Source of the DNA: a virus
Strand: one strand, 5' to 3'
Length of the DNA stretch: 64,000 nucleotides
Virus record (IMG/VR): IMGVR_UViG_3300035182_000466
Location: 1 to 64,000 of that record
Made by a program: the position numbers and the translations under genes. Under the pieces are notes generated by a model, which saw nothing but the letters and a program-made list of their open reading frames with translations, was not told the DNA's origin and did no database searches. This document shows positions 9,873-19,058 of this stretch, piece by piece (position 1 is the stretch's first letter; each line of letters starts with the position of its first letter).

Positions 9873-11339
9873 TTATCTCCCTTTACTTCTTTTAAAGTCA
9901 TTTAAAATTTTTCTAGCCACATCTAAGTTCTTTATTTTCTTTGGATATGTTTTCACCAAATACTTAAGAATATCCTCTTCATCTACTGCACCAATCCATA
10001 AACTGGTTATAGACTTCAATATCTCTTGATCGTTTAAAAAAGAGGATGCAACAATTTTATTCTTAACAGAATGTTTATAAGTTGCTAGAGCCAACTCTAA
10101 TATTTTCAATGATTTTATATATTCTTCTTTAGACTTAAGGCTATTAACTACTTTATACTTCTTTGCAATCTTCTGGAATAAGATGTAAGCTTGTGCTCTT
10201 TCTTTTGAACCATTTTTAAGTTTCTGTACCTTTTTATATTGAATAATAAGTTCAGAAGGTAATTGATACATGTTATCTTCTATAAATTCCTGCATCAATT
10301 CATCCAAAGATTTTTCTTTCGTTGAACTTTGTTCCTTCTTAACTTTAGGTTTAGGCTTTCTCTTAAAAGGTTTGGTCATATCAATATCCGATTCCCATGC
10401 TTTAAAGACCGTAGGATCTATATAATTCTCTCGAGACATCTTTGGTGTATTACCAAGTTTTTTAGCCACTATCTCGCATACTTCATCTACAAGATCCTCA
10501 TACTCCTGACGATCCTTTGGTTGTTTTCTTTTACTACATTCTAGTACCGCAGTAGAAGTTCCAACATAAGTTCTAAAATCATGTTGTTTAAAATTAGAAT
10601 CAGATAAAGTTTTTACATATTTCAATACTTTAGAATCATCTGTATCAAATAATCGGCCTTTTTTATCCTTTAAAAGATTAGCTAATTTCTTATCTTTTAT
10701 GACATGCTGTTGCCTAATTCCTTCTTTGCCTATAAAATCAAAATGACATTCATCACCTTTTACTTTAACATGTTCATCTAATAATGTCGCTGCACCATAA
10801 GCTTTTACTTTGGATTTACCATCTCCTTCTCCACCAGCTCTAAATCCAGATAGGAGCATTAAATAACAAACTTGAGCTTCTGGTTTCGAATCAAAATCTT
10901 GATCTATTTTCTTCTTTAACTCAGGTAGTTCTCTAGTAAAATTAGAGATTCTGTTGAACTTAATTACTGATTGCATTTGTGAAAACTTAGCAGTATAAAT
11001 ATATACTTTTCGCCCAGTTGTACTTGAGATACCTTTTGCTTGACAGTCACCGTCAGGATCAGGATTAACCCATATATCTCTCCAGCCAGGAGGGATTCTG
11101 TATCCTCTCTTCTTTAAGGTTTCTACTTTCTGTCTATCATGCTCAGGCATATCCTCATAAGGATTTTTCTTCAGCTTCTCTATCTTCTTTTTAACCATTT
11201 CTTTTTTATCTTGTCTATTCTTGGCATATTTACTATTTGGATGTTCTTCTATATATTTGTCTTTTTGCTCTTTAGTTAAAGATTCCCACCATTCATCATT
11301 TGATGCTAATGAAATATATTTAACTTGAATTATCTTCAT
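9873..11339 (-). CDS. DNA topoisomerase IB (bacterial/poxvirus type)
   Basis: IPPGWRDIWV, GFRAG, FIGKEG, HDFRTY and LGNTPKMSRENYIDP supply the R-K-R-N-Y catalytic residues. Confidence 0.92.
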   Translation of the reverse strand: MKIIQVKYISLASNDEWWESLTKEQKDKYIEEHPNSKYAKNRQDKKEMVKKKIEKLKKNPYEDMPEHDRQKVETLKKRGYRIPPGWRDIWVNPDPDGDCQAKGISSTTGRKVYIYTAKFSQMQSVIKFNRISNFTRELPELKKKIDQDFDSKPEAQVCYLMLLSGFRAGGEGDGKSKVKAYGAATLLDEHVKVKGDECHFDFIGKEGIRQQHVIKDKKLANLLKDKKGRLFDTDDSKVLKYVKTLSDSNFKQHDFRTYVGTSTAVLECSKRKQPKDRQEYEDLVDEVCEIVAKKLGNTPKMSRENYIDPTVFKAWESDIDMTKPFKRKPKPKVKKEQSSTKEKSLDELMQEFIEDNMYQLPSELIIQYKKVQKLKNGSKERAQAYILFQKIAKKYKVVNSLKSKEEYIKSLKILELALATYKHSVKNKIVASSFLNDQEILKSITSLWIGAVDEEDILKYLVKTYPKKIKNLDVARKILNDFKRSKGR

Positions 11340-11346
11340 AATACAC

Positions 11347-11601
11347 CTATTTATCGTTCTTAAGAGTAGATATATCTTGAATCAAGAAAAACCGTGTACC
11401 TTCATAAATAAGTTCAATGCACTTTTTTCTTAACTTTAAACTAGCGCTTCTATCTTTTACAGAAGGCATTTGTTTCATCTCTTTATAGATATTTGGAAAC
11501 AAATCAAAGTTATCTGCAGCGTTTGTAACATCTGATTTTGAAGTAACAGTATTGTTACTACTTCTTCTTTTTTCTCCCAAGGTTACTTTTATCTTTTTCA
11601 T
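11347..11601 (-). CDS. Hypothetical protein
   Basis: 84-aa ORF in the operon; leader MKKIKVTL. Confidence 0.55.
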   Translation of the reverse strand: MKKIKVTLGEKRRSSNNTVTSKSDVTNAADNFDLFPNIYKEMKQMPSVKDRSASLKLRKKCIELIYEGTRFFLIQDISTLKNDK

Positions 11602-11619
11602 TTTAACCCTTTCTGTATC

Positions 11620-12822
11620 TTAATTTAAAATCCCTATATTTGAACCTGGATATCCACCAAGTCTAGATCTTGTTATTGTAGTGTTACTTAACATGGTTAT
11701 ACCCATCTGACTCATGTTTGCTAATTTGTCACCTACTGAACCGTCACCGGATATAACACCTTTCTTAGACAGCAAGGTTTTTAATGGTCTAACTAAGCTA
11801 TCAATAAGTGATTCATAATGTCCTACAGCAGACTCAACCACAGAAGTTCTGTCTACGTTTAAACTTACATTCTGTCCAGAGAAATCAAAGGCAAACCATC
11901 CTTCTGCTTGTAACTGAGCACGTAATACTCTAATTGAAGAACAAATGAGCCAGCCTTCTCTTATTGAACCACGCATATCAATACCAGTAAAACTGGTTAA
12001 ACTTGGTGGTACGTCATTAAAGTAGTCCAAACCTCTTGTGAGTCCTTCTAAGAGATCTGACTCTCTGAAACGCAATCCACGAATGGTTTCTGCTTGGTTT
12101 GCTTTATTTATAGACATTTCTAAAGACTGCATAGCACTAAGTATACTAGGATTTATGACCCTAAGTAAAGTAAACACTTGCCTAGTAGCGTTTGGAAATG
12201 ATATATTCATTATAAGGTTATAAGGACGTAATCTTGCGCTAATCAGAGTAGGATCTATAGGTAAAGATAAAACTGTACTAGAACCTTGGATAGTAGATGC
12301 AACAGCTATACTAGAGAAAACTAGGTTATTCTCATCATAGATGCTGTATGCTACTCTGTCTCCTCCAAGTACATTAACCAAATATGGAACTCTTGCTTTT
12401 ATTTCAGTTACTGGTGCTAAAACAATTATGGCTGTTTCATCATCTTCAGTTAATACTTCTTTTGGAAGTACAGTTAAGAGTATACTAGTCTTCTGACTAG
12501 AATCTAAAGTTTTTATTATCCACTGTAAGGTAATAATTTTATCTGGTTTACCTTCAAAGTCAAAACCATTTGGTATGGTTATGTCTGCAAACCAATTTCC
12601 ATCAGGTTGTTGTGTCTTAAAGTAAGCAACAGAAGATGTTATTAATTCATCTCCATCCAATAATTGAACTAAAGGAAATCCAGATAAAGGTCTTAAAACT
12701 TCACCAGCATCTCCAAAAAACTGTTCTGTAGTAGTTATTGGATTTCCCTCAATAACTTGAAGGTTTACAACTGAGTTATTATTTATAGATGGATCTGAAC
12801 CGTATTCATAGATTTTAATCAT
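11620..12822 (-). CDS. Probable virion structural protein (head-tail adaptor/neck-like)
   Basis: Beta-rich N-terminus; C-terminal GLDYFNDVPP...FDFSGQNVSLNVDR resembles large-phage neck proteins. Context supports this. Confidence 0.45.
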   Translation of the reverse strand: MIKIYEYGSDPSINNNSVVNLQVIEGNPITTTEQFFGDAGEVLRPLSGFPLVQLLDGDELITSSVAYFKTQQPDGNWFADITIPNGFDFEGKPDKIITLQWIIKTLDSSQKTSILLTVLPKEVLTEDDETAIIVLAPVTEIKARVPYLVNVLGGDRVAYSIYDENNLVFSSIAVASTIQGSSTVLSLPIDPTLISARLRPYNLIMNISFPNATRQVFTLLRVINPSILSAMQSLEMSINKANQAETIRGLRFRESDLLEGLTRGLDYFNDVPPSLTSFTGIDMRGSIREGWLICSSIRVLRAQLQAEGWFAFDFSGQNVSLNVDRTSVVESAVGHYESLIDSLVRPLKTLLSKKGVISGDGSVGDKLANMSQMGITMLSNTTITRSRLGGYPGSNIGILN

Positions 12823-12835
12823 AATGTACTCTTAT

Positions 12836-13090
12836 CTATATAGTATTTAATTCCGAGACTAAGGCTTTAAAAGCTTGATCTTCTGTCTTATACCTGTTTC
12901 CATTCCATGCATTCTTAGGAAGAATAATTCGGAAATGATCAAAAGGGTAAACAACATAATAACCATTTTCGTCTTTGTATAGATCAGCTGAAAGGTTATA
13001 GTTAGCAGCTTTAAATTTCTTAATTGGTTTTCTTGCTTTAAGTTTCTCTTCTATCGCAGATATATTGGATGATAATACTGTTTTTCTCAT
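12836..13090 (-). CDS. Hypothetical protein
   Basis: 84 aa; leader MRKTVLSS; upstream TGTAATTT motif. Confidence 0.6.
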   Translation of the reverse strand: MRKTVLSSNISAIEEKLKARKPIKKFKAANYNLSADLYKDENGYYVVYPFDHFRIILPKNAWNGNRYKTEDQAFKALVSELNTI

Positions 13091-13160
13091 AATAAGCCTT
13101 TCTTATTATATAATAAAATTACATATTATATTTATTTAGATCTTCCACAACTTGTTGTAG

Positions 13161-13454
13161 TTATCTCTTAAGGTTAGATAAACGTCTGTAATGGGCAATA
13201 GCTTCTTTACTATATTCTATACGCTTCTTATGGTTATCTATATACTGTGCTATCTTTCTTTTTCTTTCTGGATCCATTGTATCTTTTTGATTCTTAGTTA
13301 AAATCTTTATTCTTTCCTGTCTCTTCTTTATTTGATCAGAATGACTTTGAATCCTTTTCTGTAATGTTTCTTTCTGCATTCTAGTAAATTTCTGGTCTTT
13401 ATTAAAAGATAATTCTTCATTCTTTGTTTCTTTAGCTAAGACTACTTTTCTCAT
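13161..13454 (-). CDS. Basic coiled-coil hypothetical protein
   Basis: 97 aa; leader MRKVVLA. Confidence 0.6.
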   Translation of the reverse strand: MRKVVLAKETKNEELSFNKDQKFTRMQKETLQKRIQSHSDQIKKRQERIKILTKNQKDTMDPERKRKIAQYIDNHKKRIEYSKEAIAHYRRLSNLKR

Positions 13455-13472
13455 ATAAATTTTCCTCTCTCT

Positions 13473-13886
13473 CTAAAAAGTATTTTTACTTACAGACATT
13501 GTAACTTTTTCTGCATTAGCCAGCTTCTTAAATTCAGATATAAAAGATGTGAAATTACTCATAGGTAGTCTAACAGTATTTTTAATAGACAAATATACTC
13601 TTGAACTCCAACGTCCATTTGCCATCTTATCCAAAGCTATGGTAATAACTCCGAGATACTTTCCGTTAAACTTGTAGTCGATGTAAAACTCAACTTCAGT
13701 ATCAGATATAACATCATGGTCTTTCAGGGTTGCATACTTATACTTTTTACACAGATGATTTAAAAGAGATACCATGTCCTTTACTACTTCTGGTTCAGAG
13801 GATAAAGAATATTCATTAATAGCCTTATCAAATTCAGCTAGTGCTACTTTACATTTTTTATTGGTCTTTTTTGACATTTTTATCAA
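13473..13886 (-). CDS. Hypothetical protein
   Basis: 137-aa ORF overlapping the upstream gene. Confidence 0.55.
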   Translation of the reverse strand: MIKMSKKTNKKCKVALAEFDKAINEYSLSSEPEVVKDMVSLLNHLCKKYKYATLKDHDVISDTEVEFYIDYKFNGKYLGVITIALDKMANGRWSSRVYLSIKNTVRLPMSNFTSFISEFKKLANAEKVTMSVSKNTF

Positions 13887-14511
13887 TCCTTTCTAACTCA
13901 AGTTTTATCTTTGAATGATATTTAATAAGGTCTTTTATCTTAAGTAATTGAGAAAGAAAATTCTTTATATCTGTTGTTATTCTTGTAACCTTATCATAAC
14001 TATAATTCTCTGATCCTGGAGTAAATAGCTGAAATTGTATCTTATCTTCTTTAGTATTAATCCTTAATATGTAGATATACTTCTTACCTTTAATCGTACA
14101 ACACTTAACTTTCTGTTTTTCTTTTCCTGAAGACATTTTAGGTGTCTTGAATCCGATTATACCAAGTCGTTTAAAAATAGGATAACATTTAGCTAATGTA
14201 TTTACCAGATTTTTATCTTCAGATGATAACGCAGTGCAACGTTTATATAGATTAGTATAATCTCTGTAAAATGAAACTGAAGATTGCTCCTTACGATCAC
14301 AGAGCCATTTATCTGGTGCAGTTAAAAATTGAGGATCTTCACCAGTTAATAAAGATAATCCTAAAATTAAACCATTAGCTAATCCGTGCATGTATGGATC
14401 ATAGTTCCAATTTCCATCAGAGGATTGGATTTTTATCAAGTCTTCAAAAGAAGTGATATAATTAGATAAATAAGGATTAACTAATTTTATCCTTGAAGGT
14501 AAAATTTTCAT
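13858..14511 (-). CDS. Hypothetical protein
   Basis: 217 aa with a distinctive block DGNWNYDPYMHGLANGLILG. Confidence 0.6.
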   Translation of the reverse strand: MKILPSRIKLVNPYLSNYITSFEDLIKIQSSDGNWNYDPYMHGLANGLILGLSLLTGEDPQFLTAPDKWLCDRKEQSSVSFYRDYTNLYKRCTALSSEDKNLVNTLAKCYPIFKRLGIIGFKTPKMSSGKEKQKVKCCTIKGKKYIYILRINTKEDKIQFQLFTPGSENYSYDKVTRITTDIKNFLSQLLKIKDLIKYHSKIKLELERIDKNVKKDQ

Positions 14512-14822
14512 AGTTTTTCTTCCGCTTCTATATAAAGATAAATCTTACTATTTTCAGAGCCAATACTAAAAAAGTAATTAAAAGGATACTTCATAGTATT
14601 TCTCTCTATCAATTGAATTATCCTATTTTCTGAAGTTAAAGTTGGTGTAGAAGAACAGGTATAGATTGCATTTGTACTTTTAGATGTTATAGTTGCAGAT
14701 TCTAACACAGGATTTGCTTTGGGCATTACTTGTAAGATTGATCTTATGATTTCATTCTCTATCATTTTAAATGCTTTACTTTGCAAGGTTCTACCTGAAG
14801 TTGATGCAATTGTCTTTCTCAT
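14508..14822 (-). CDS. Hypothetical protein
   Basis: 104 aa; leader MRKTIASTS. Confidence 0.6.
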   Translation of the reverse strand: MRKTIASTSGRTLQSKAFKMIENEIIRSILQVMPKANPVLESATITSKSTNAIYTCSSTPTLTSENRIIQLIERNTMKYPFNYFFSIGSENSKIYLYIEAEEKL

Positions 14823-14846
14823 AAAAATTACCTTTCGTCATCATTA

Positions 14847-15308
14847 TTAAGAAGGGTCTGAAACTACACTATAAGGTCTATTGTTGTAAGTAAAATATAA
14901 CTTTTGATTGTCTACTTTAAGTTTATCTATACCTTTAATCTTCTTAAGGCTTAAAAGTAATTCAGATAACTCATTATTTATTCTTCTACTCTTTACTGAT
15001 ACTTTGGGTACATCTATAGAACCTATCTTTTGTTTATCAATAGGTCCACCTATAACTGGTTCAGCACGTTTTAGTATATAGTCTACTTGTTCTTTTGTAG
15101 GACTCATTACTAATGATAGATTATCTTTAAAAACCATTCTTGTAGATTTTCCATCAGTACTAGGTCTCAATCCTATAACATCGCCAGGTCTTAAATCACG
15201 ACTCTTACCTCTTAGCTCTAGTCCTAACATTTTCTTTACAACTTTATACCAAACGTACGATGTTGCTTCTTTTATTGCAGATATTTCTATTTGTACTTTA
15301 CATGACAT
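14847..15308 (-). CDS. Hypothetical protein
   Basis: 153-aa ORF with a GAGG RBS. Confidence 0.6.
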   Translation of the reverse strand: MSCKVQIEISAIKEATSYVWYKVVKKMLGLELRGKSRDLRPGDVIGLRPSTDGKSTRMVFKDNLSLVMSPTKEQVDYILKRAEPVIGGPIDKQKIGSIDVPKVSVKSRRINNELSELLLSLKKIKGIDKLKVDNQKLYFTYNNRPYSVVSDPS

Positions 15309-15318
15309 ATAGACCTCA

Positions 15319-16614
15319 CTATTTAGTATCTAGTTTTAAAAGATTTGCAGCTTCGTCTAAAGACTTTACTGTAACGAACTTAGAATTTGCAATAGGTGAA
15401 ACAAGTCCTTCTTGAGGTGCATTTCTATCCAGTGCAACCTTTATACCAACAATGTCGGCTTTATTTACTTCTAACATATCATCAAAAACAAAAATCTCCT
15501 GCTCTTTATTAACCATTGTTAAGGTATCTAATTCAAAGAAATTATATTCTAAGTCATCATTTAAATCATCTTCATCTATAAGATAACCTTTATCTAATAA
15601 GTACTTAATATAAGCAGTTACAGAAAAGCCTTTTGAGTACTCTTGTTTTTGGATTAATACCAGAGTCTCTCCAGGTTTTACTGAGGATTTAAATACTGTC
15701 CAATACTTCTTAAATACCGAATCTTTAACTGGGTTTGTTTCTGTAAAAGATAAGAACTCAAAGCTCTTAACTATAAAGCTTCCTTTTCTTTTCAAATCAA
15801 ATATGGCTTTCTTAGCATACACTCCAGAAAACAGCCATATTCTGTATGCTTTGCCTCTCATTTTAAGTTCTCTAGGAATCTTACTCCAAGATGCATTTAT
15901 TAAATTTGATAGTTTAAGTTTATTCTCCTTATCTGGTGTTTGAATATATTTATCAATGCTATTATATATTTTTAACAATAAATCATTTTTATCATCTAAT
16001 AAATATTTATCTTCATATAGACCTTTATTTAAGGCGACACTTTGCTCTTTATACTTTTTAATAAGTCTGTACTTATTCCAAACTTCTTTAAGTTTAAATG
16101 AAGCTGTAGCATTAAGAGGAACTTTATATTTAATGAGCAGCTTCTCTATCCAAGACTTTTGTTTGGCTGTTAATTTCTTATTAGCGGATAACAACAAGCC
16201 TATATTCTTTACAAAAGATCTTTCCCAATCTGAGAATTTACTATTATTATTCTTCCATAAATATCTGCAACGTAGATATAAGTCTGTAACCTCAGGATTG
16301 TTAGTAGTAACCGCAGCTTTCTTGTTATAGCTAAGGCGTTTAACAGTTTCGTATTTTCTATCTTTTTCTTTGGTTAAACCTGCACGATAAGCGTTTACGT
16401 TATAAGAACCTGGAATAGGTATTTCCTCTGTTATCCAAGATAAAAGTTTGAGTTTTAAAGCATCTTTATATACATTGTATAATCCTATATCTTTTCTTTT
16501 TAGTCTCAACTCCCATTGTTCTATGGTGTCATTACCTCTAACTAAAGAATTACTTATTATATCCTTCAGTTCACTATTTGGTTCTGATGCTGTAGATATG
16601 ACTGTTTTTATCAT
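15319..16614 (-). CDS. Multi-segment hypothetical protein
   Basis: 431 aa; leader MIKTVISTAS. Confidence 0.65.
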   Translation of the reverse strand: MIKTVISTASEPNSELKDIISNSLVRGNDTIEQWELRLKRKDIGLYNVYKDALKLKLLSWITEEIPIPGSYNVNAYRAGLTKEKDRKYETVKRLSYNKKAAVTTNNPEVTDLYLRCRYLWKNNNSKFSDWERSFVKNIGLLLSANKKLTAKQKSWIEKLLIKYKVPLNATASFKLKEVWNKYRLIKKYKEQSVALNKGLYEDKYLLDDKNDLLLKIYNSIDKYIQTPDKENKLKLSNLINASWSKIPRELKMRGKAYRIWLFSGVYAKKAIFDLKRKGSFIVKSFEFLSFTETNPVKDSVFKKYWTVFKSSVKPGETLVLIQKQEYSKGFSVTAYIKYLLDKGYLIDEDDLNDDLEYNFFELDTLTMVNKEQEIFVFDDMLEVNKADIVGIKVALDRNAPQEGLVSPIANSKFVTVKSLDEAANLLKLDTK

Positions 16615-16629
16615 AGATTAAACCTCAGG

Positions 16630-16956
16630 TTAGAATAAAGACTTCTTTTCTTTCTTTGAAGCTTTATATTTCTTAGATCTTAAATGCGGATGATACTTAG
16701 CATGACAGGAATGACATACAGCCTTTAAATTGAGTTGCTCATTTGTTCCACCTTTTCTTAAAGGTATTATATGATGAGCATGATTCGCAGTTTTACCACA
16801 GTCTTTACATTTATGATTGGCTAGAATTAAACAAGTGTTGGAGATTTCATCCCAGTCCTCTCCATAATCTTCATAACGTTTTTTGAGAGATTTGCATTTA
16901 TGTTTTGTTTTTAATTCTACTTCACCGAACAATCCGGTTATTTTTTTATCAGGCAT
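16630..16956 (-). CDS. HNH endonuclease (paralog of 5195..5479)
   Basis: CKDCG...AHHIIPLRKGGTNEQLNLKAVCHSCHAKYH. Confidence 0.9.
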   Translation of the reverse strand: MPDKKITGLFGEVELKTKHKCKSLKKRYEDYGEDWDEISNTCLILANHKCKDCGKTANHAHHIIPLRKGGTNEQLNLKAVCHSCHAKYHPHLRSKKYKASKKEKKSLF

Positions 16957-17037
16957 ATTTACTCGTCTAATTTTATTTATGTAAGTTTATTTATAAATTT
17001 CTGAACTGTGATTAATATCCTTACTAATAATTAGTAT

Positions 17038-17271
17038 TTAAGAAACCTCATCTAAATACCTTTTAGATTTACAAAACTCATCAAAGCGTTTAATTAATTC
17101 TTGTTCACTACGATTAAAAAGTAATGGATACTTTCCTTTGGGTGTTCTTATAAAATACTTGTAACCTTGTTTTACTAATTGTACTGTCTTTGGGTCTTTT
17201 CCAAATTCCTTTATAATTTCTACACGTTTAAGTGAAGAACATAAAGCTGTTTTTCTCATAGTGTTAGGCAC
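17038..17271 (-). CDS. Hypothetical protein
   Basis: GTG start after AAGGA, or ATG 17259 (MRKTALCSS). Confidence 0.55.
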   Translation of the reverse strand: MPNTMRKTALCSSLKRVEIIKEFGKDPKTVQLVKQGYKYFIRTPKGKYPLLFNRSEQELIKRFDEFCKSKRYLDEVS

Positions 17272-17291
17272 TCCTTACCTTACGTTAAAGA

Positions 17292-18443
17292 TTATCTACT
17301 ACCAGTAAACCAAACATGCTTACTTTGCTCGCCTAATATCACAGCAGCTTTACGGAATGTACTTAATCTGTTAATAATTGCATCCTTAGCTAAAGACGGC
17401 ATCTGGCACAAGAATTGAATGTCATTATGTATAAATAAGTCTTCTTGAAGTTTTTGGCTTATTTGTGAAATCCACTCATACAGGTTTGATAATCTTGCTC
17501 TAGGTTTCCACTCACGATAGCCAGGAGTGTTCATCATATGGAAGATACAATAGATAGCAGCAGGATAGATATGGGAAATTAATTGATCCTGCTCTTCTGA
17601 ATAATCGGTTTCTCCAACCTGATTCGAAATAAGCATTTGTTGTGAACGTAGGTAATACTTGTAAAGTTCATTTAATAGGTGACCACATCCAGCGATATTA
17701 ACTATGTACTTAGCGGTCATTTGTTTTGTAGATAGGAAAAGGGCATAATATAAAGCCGAATATGGGTGTATCTGACTAGCTGGAATAACTTCAGGTGCAG
17801 ATTCCCAAATTTCTTTATTATATACCCATTCTACATACGGAATTGTATAGAATAATGTAGCTAAATCTAAGTTGTAGATGTAACTATAGTTCTTAGCAAT
17901 TATACCTTTATTTTTAGGCATTGAATGTTGTGCAGCTTCTTTGAAATTAGCAAAGTTCTTTGCTACTGATCCACATACTAAATATAAGTATTCAAAGTCT
18001 TTTATAGATAAGCCTTCCTCAATTATGTCCGCAATATCAATTGCGATTGTAACGAACTCATTCGAATGTTGGTATCCCCAAAAGGTTATTTCTCTATTTA
18101 CCTTTTTTATATTAGCAGGAACAGAATTGTAGAGTAAATCACTGTCTGCACGTAAAGCAAAGGTAAAAGCAATAGTTGAATCGAAACGTAAGACGTTTAC
18201 AGGTTCTTGGCTATAGCCAAAAGAGATGGCAGATAACAAAGAAGTTACGTTACACAATGTAAAGTTTAAAGGAGATGCTAAAATTGCAGATTGACTAAAA
18301 ATAATTTTCTTTAGTCTGTCTATAATTCTATATGTCTTAAGATGACCGTGGTTTCTCCCAACAATTATATTGAAATAACCTTTAGTATTAGGGTTGACTC
18401 TGTCCTTAAAATGATAATCACAAGATTTGTAAGTAAAACGCAT
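17292..18443 (-). CDS. Hypothetical protein
   Basis: 383-aa ORF with an AAGGAG RBS; no recognised motif. Confidence 0.7.
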   Translation of the reverse strand: MRFTYKSCDYHFKDRVNPNTKGYFNIIVGRNHGHLKTYRIIDRLKKIIFSQSAILASPLNFTLCNVTSLLSAISFGYSQEPVNVLRFDSTIAFTFALRADSDLLYNSVPANIKKVNREITFWGYQHSNEFVTIAIDIADIIEEGLSIKDFEYLYLVCGSVAKNFANFKEAAQHSMPKNKGIIAKNYSYIYNLDLATLFYTIPYVEWVYNKEIWESAPEVIPASQIHPYSALYYALFLSTKQMTAKYIVNIAGCGHLLNELYKYYLRSQQMLISNQVGETDYSEEQDQLISHIYPAAIYCIFHMMNTPGYREWKPRARLSNLYEWISQISQKLQEDLFIHNDIQFLCQMPSLAKDAIINRLSTFRKAAVILGEQSKHVWFTGSR

Positions 18444-18493
18444 TAGCTATCTCCTTTAGTTAGCATCTTAATCACTATTTTCATAGCGAAATG

Positions 18494-19042
18494 TTACCAG
18501 TCTTTTTTTACAAAACGTTTTTTCTCACCTTTACTATTTAAGTAGTAAGCTCGCATTAATTGGTTTAAATCAAATTCATAACAAGGTATTTCAGTAATAC
18601 CTGCCAAGAAAGCTGCAATCAATCTATGATTACCATCAATAAAATATGACCTACCAGTCTTCTTATCCTTAGCAAATAATACCGGTGGAATACTTCCAGG
18701 ATCTTTCTTTAGAAAATCAGCATATTTTCTTACCTTAGCTTTATCTATTCCAGTCATTGGTTTAGTTTCAAATTCCGAAGGATCAGTAATTTTGAATGTT
18801 GCCTTTACCCATTTTGCTGGATTTTTACTTGTTAGCTTTACTTTAAATACTCCTTTTTTAGCTAACCTGAATATGTCTTTACACTTGAATACATAAGCAC
18901 CATGCATAGAAGTAGCGAAATTTGGCATTGAGCGTTTATCTATCTCTGAAGGTGGAACTACATTCTTAACTTTTACTTTTGGACGTGGTTTCTTTTTTAA
19001 AAGAGTACCTGTAGCTATCTGAACTAATATTCTATTATTCAT
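18494..19042 (-). CDS. ParB/Srx-like domain protein
   Basis: IPPVLF...YFIDGNHRLIAAFLAG is the ParB N-terminal DGxHR motif. Confidence 0.8.
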   Translation of the reverse strand: MNNRILVQIATGTLLKKKPRPKVKVKNVVPPSEIDKRSMPNFATSMHGAYVFKCKDIFRLAKKGVFKVKLTSKNPAKWVKATFKITDPSEFETKPMTGIDKAKVRKYADFLKKDPGSIPPVLFAKDKKTGRSYFIDGNHRLIAAFLAGITEIPCYEFDLNQLMRAYYLNSKGEKKRFVKKDW

Positions 19043-19058
19043 CTCTATAACCTCTGGT

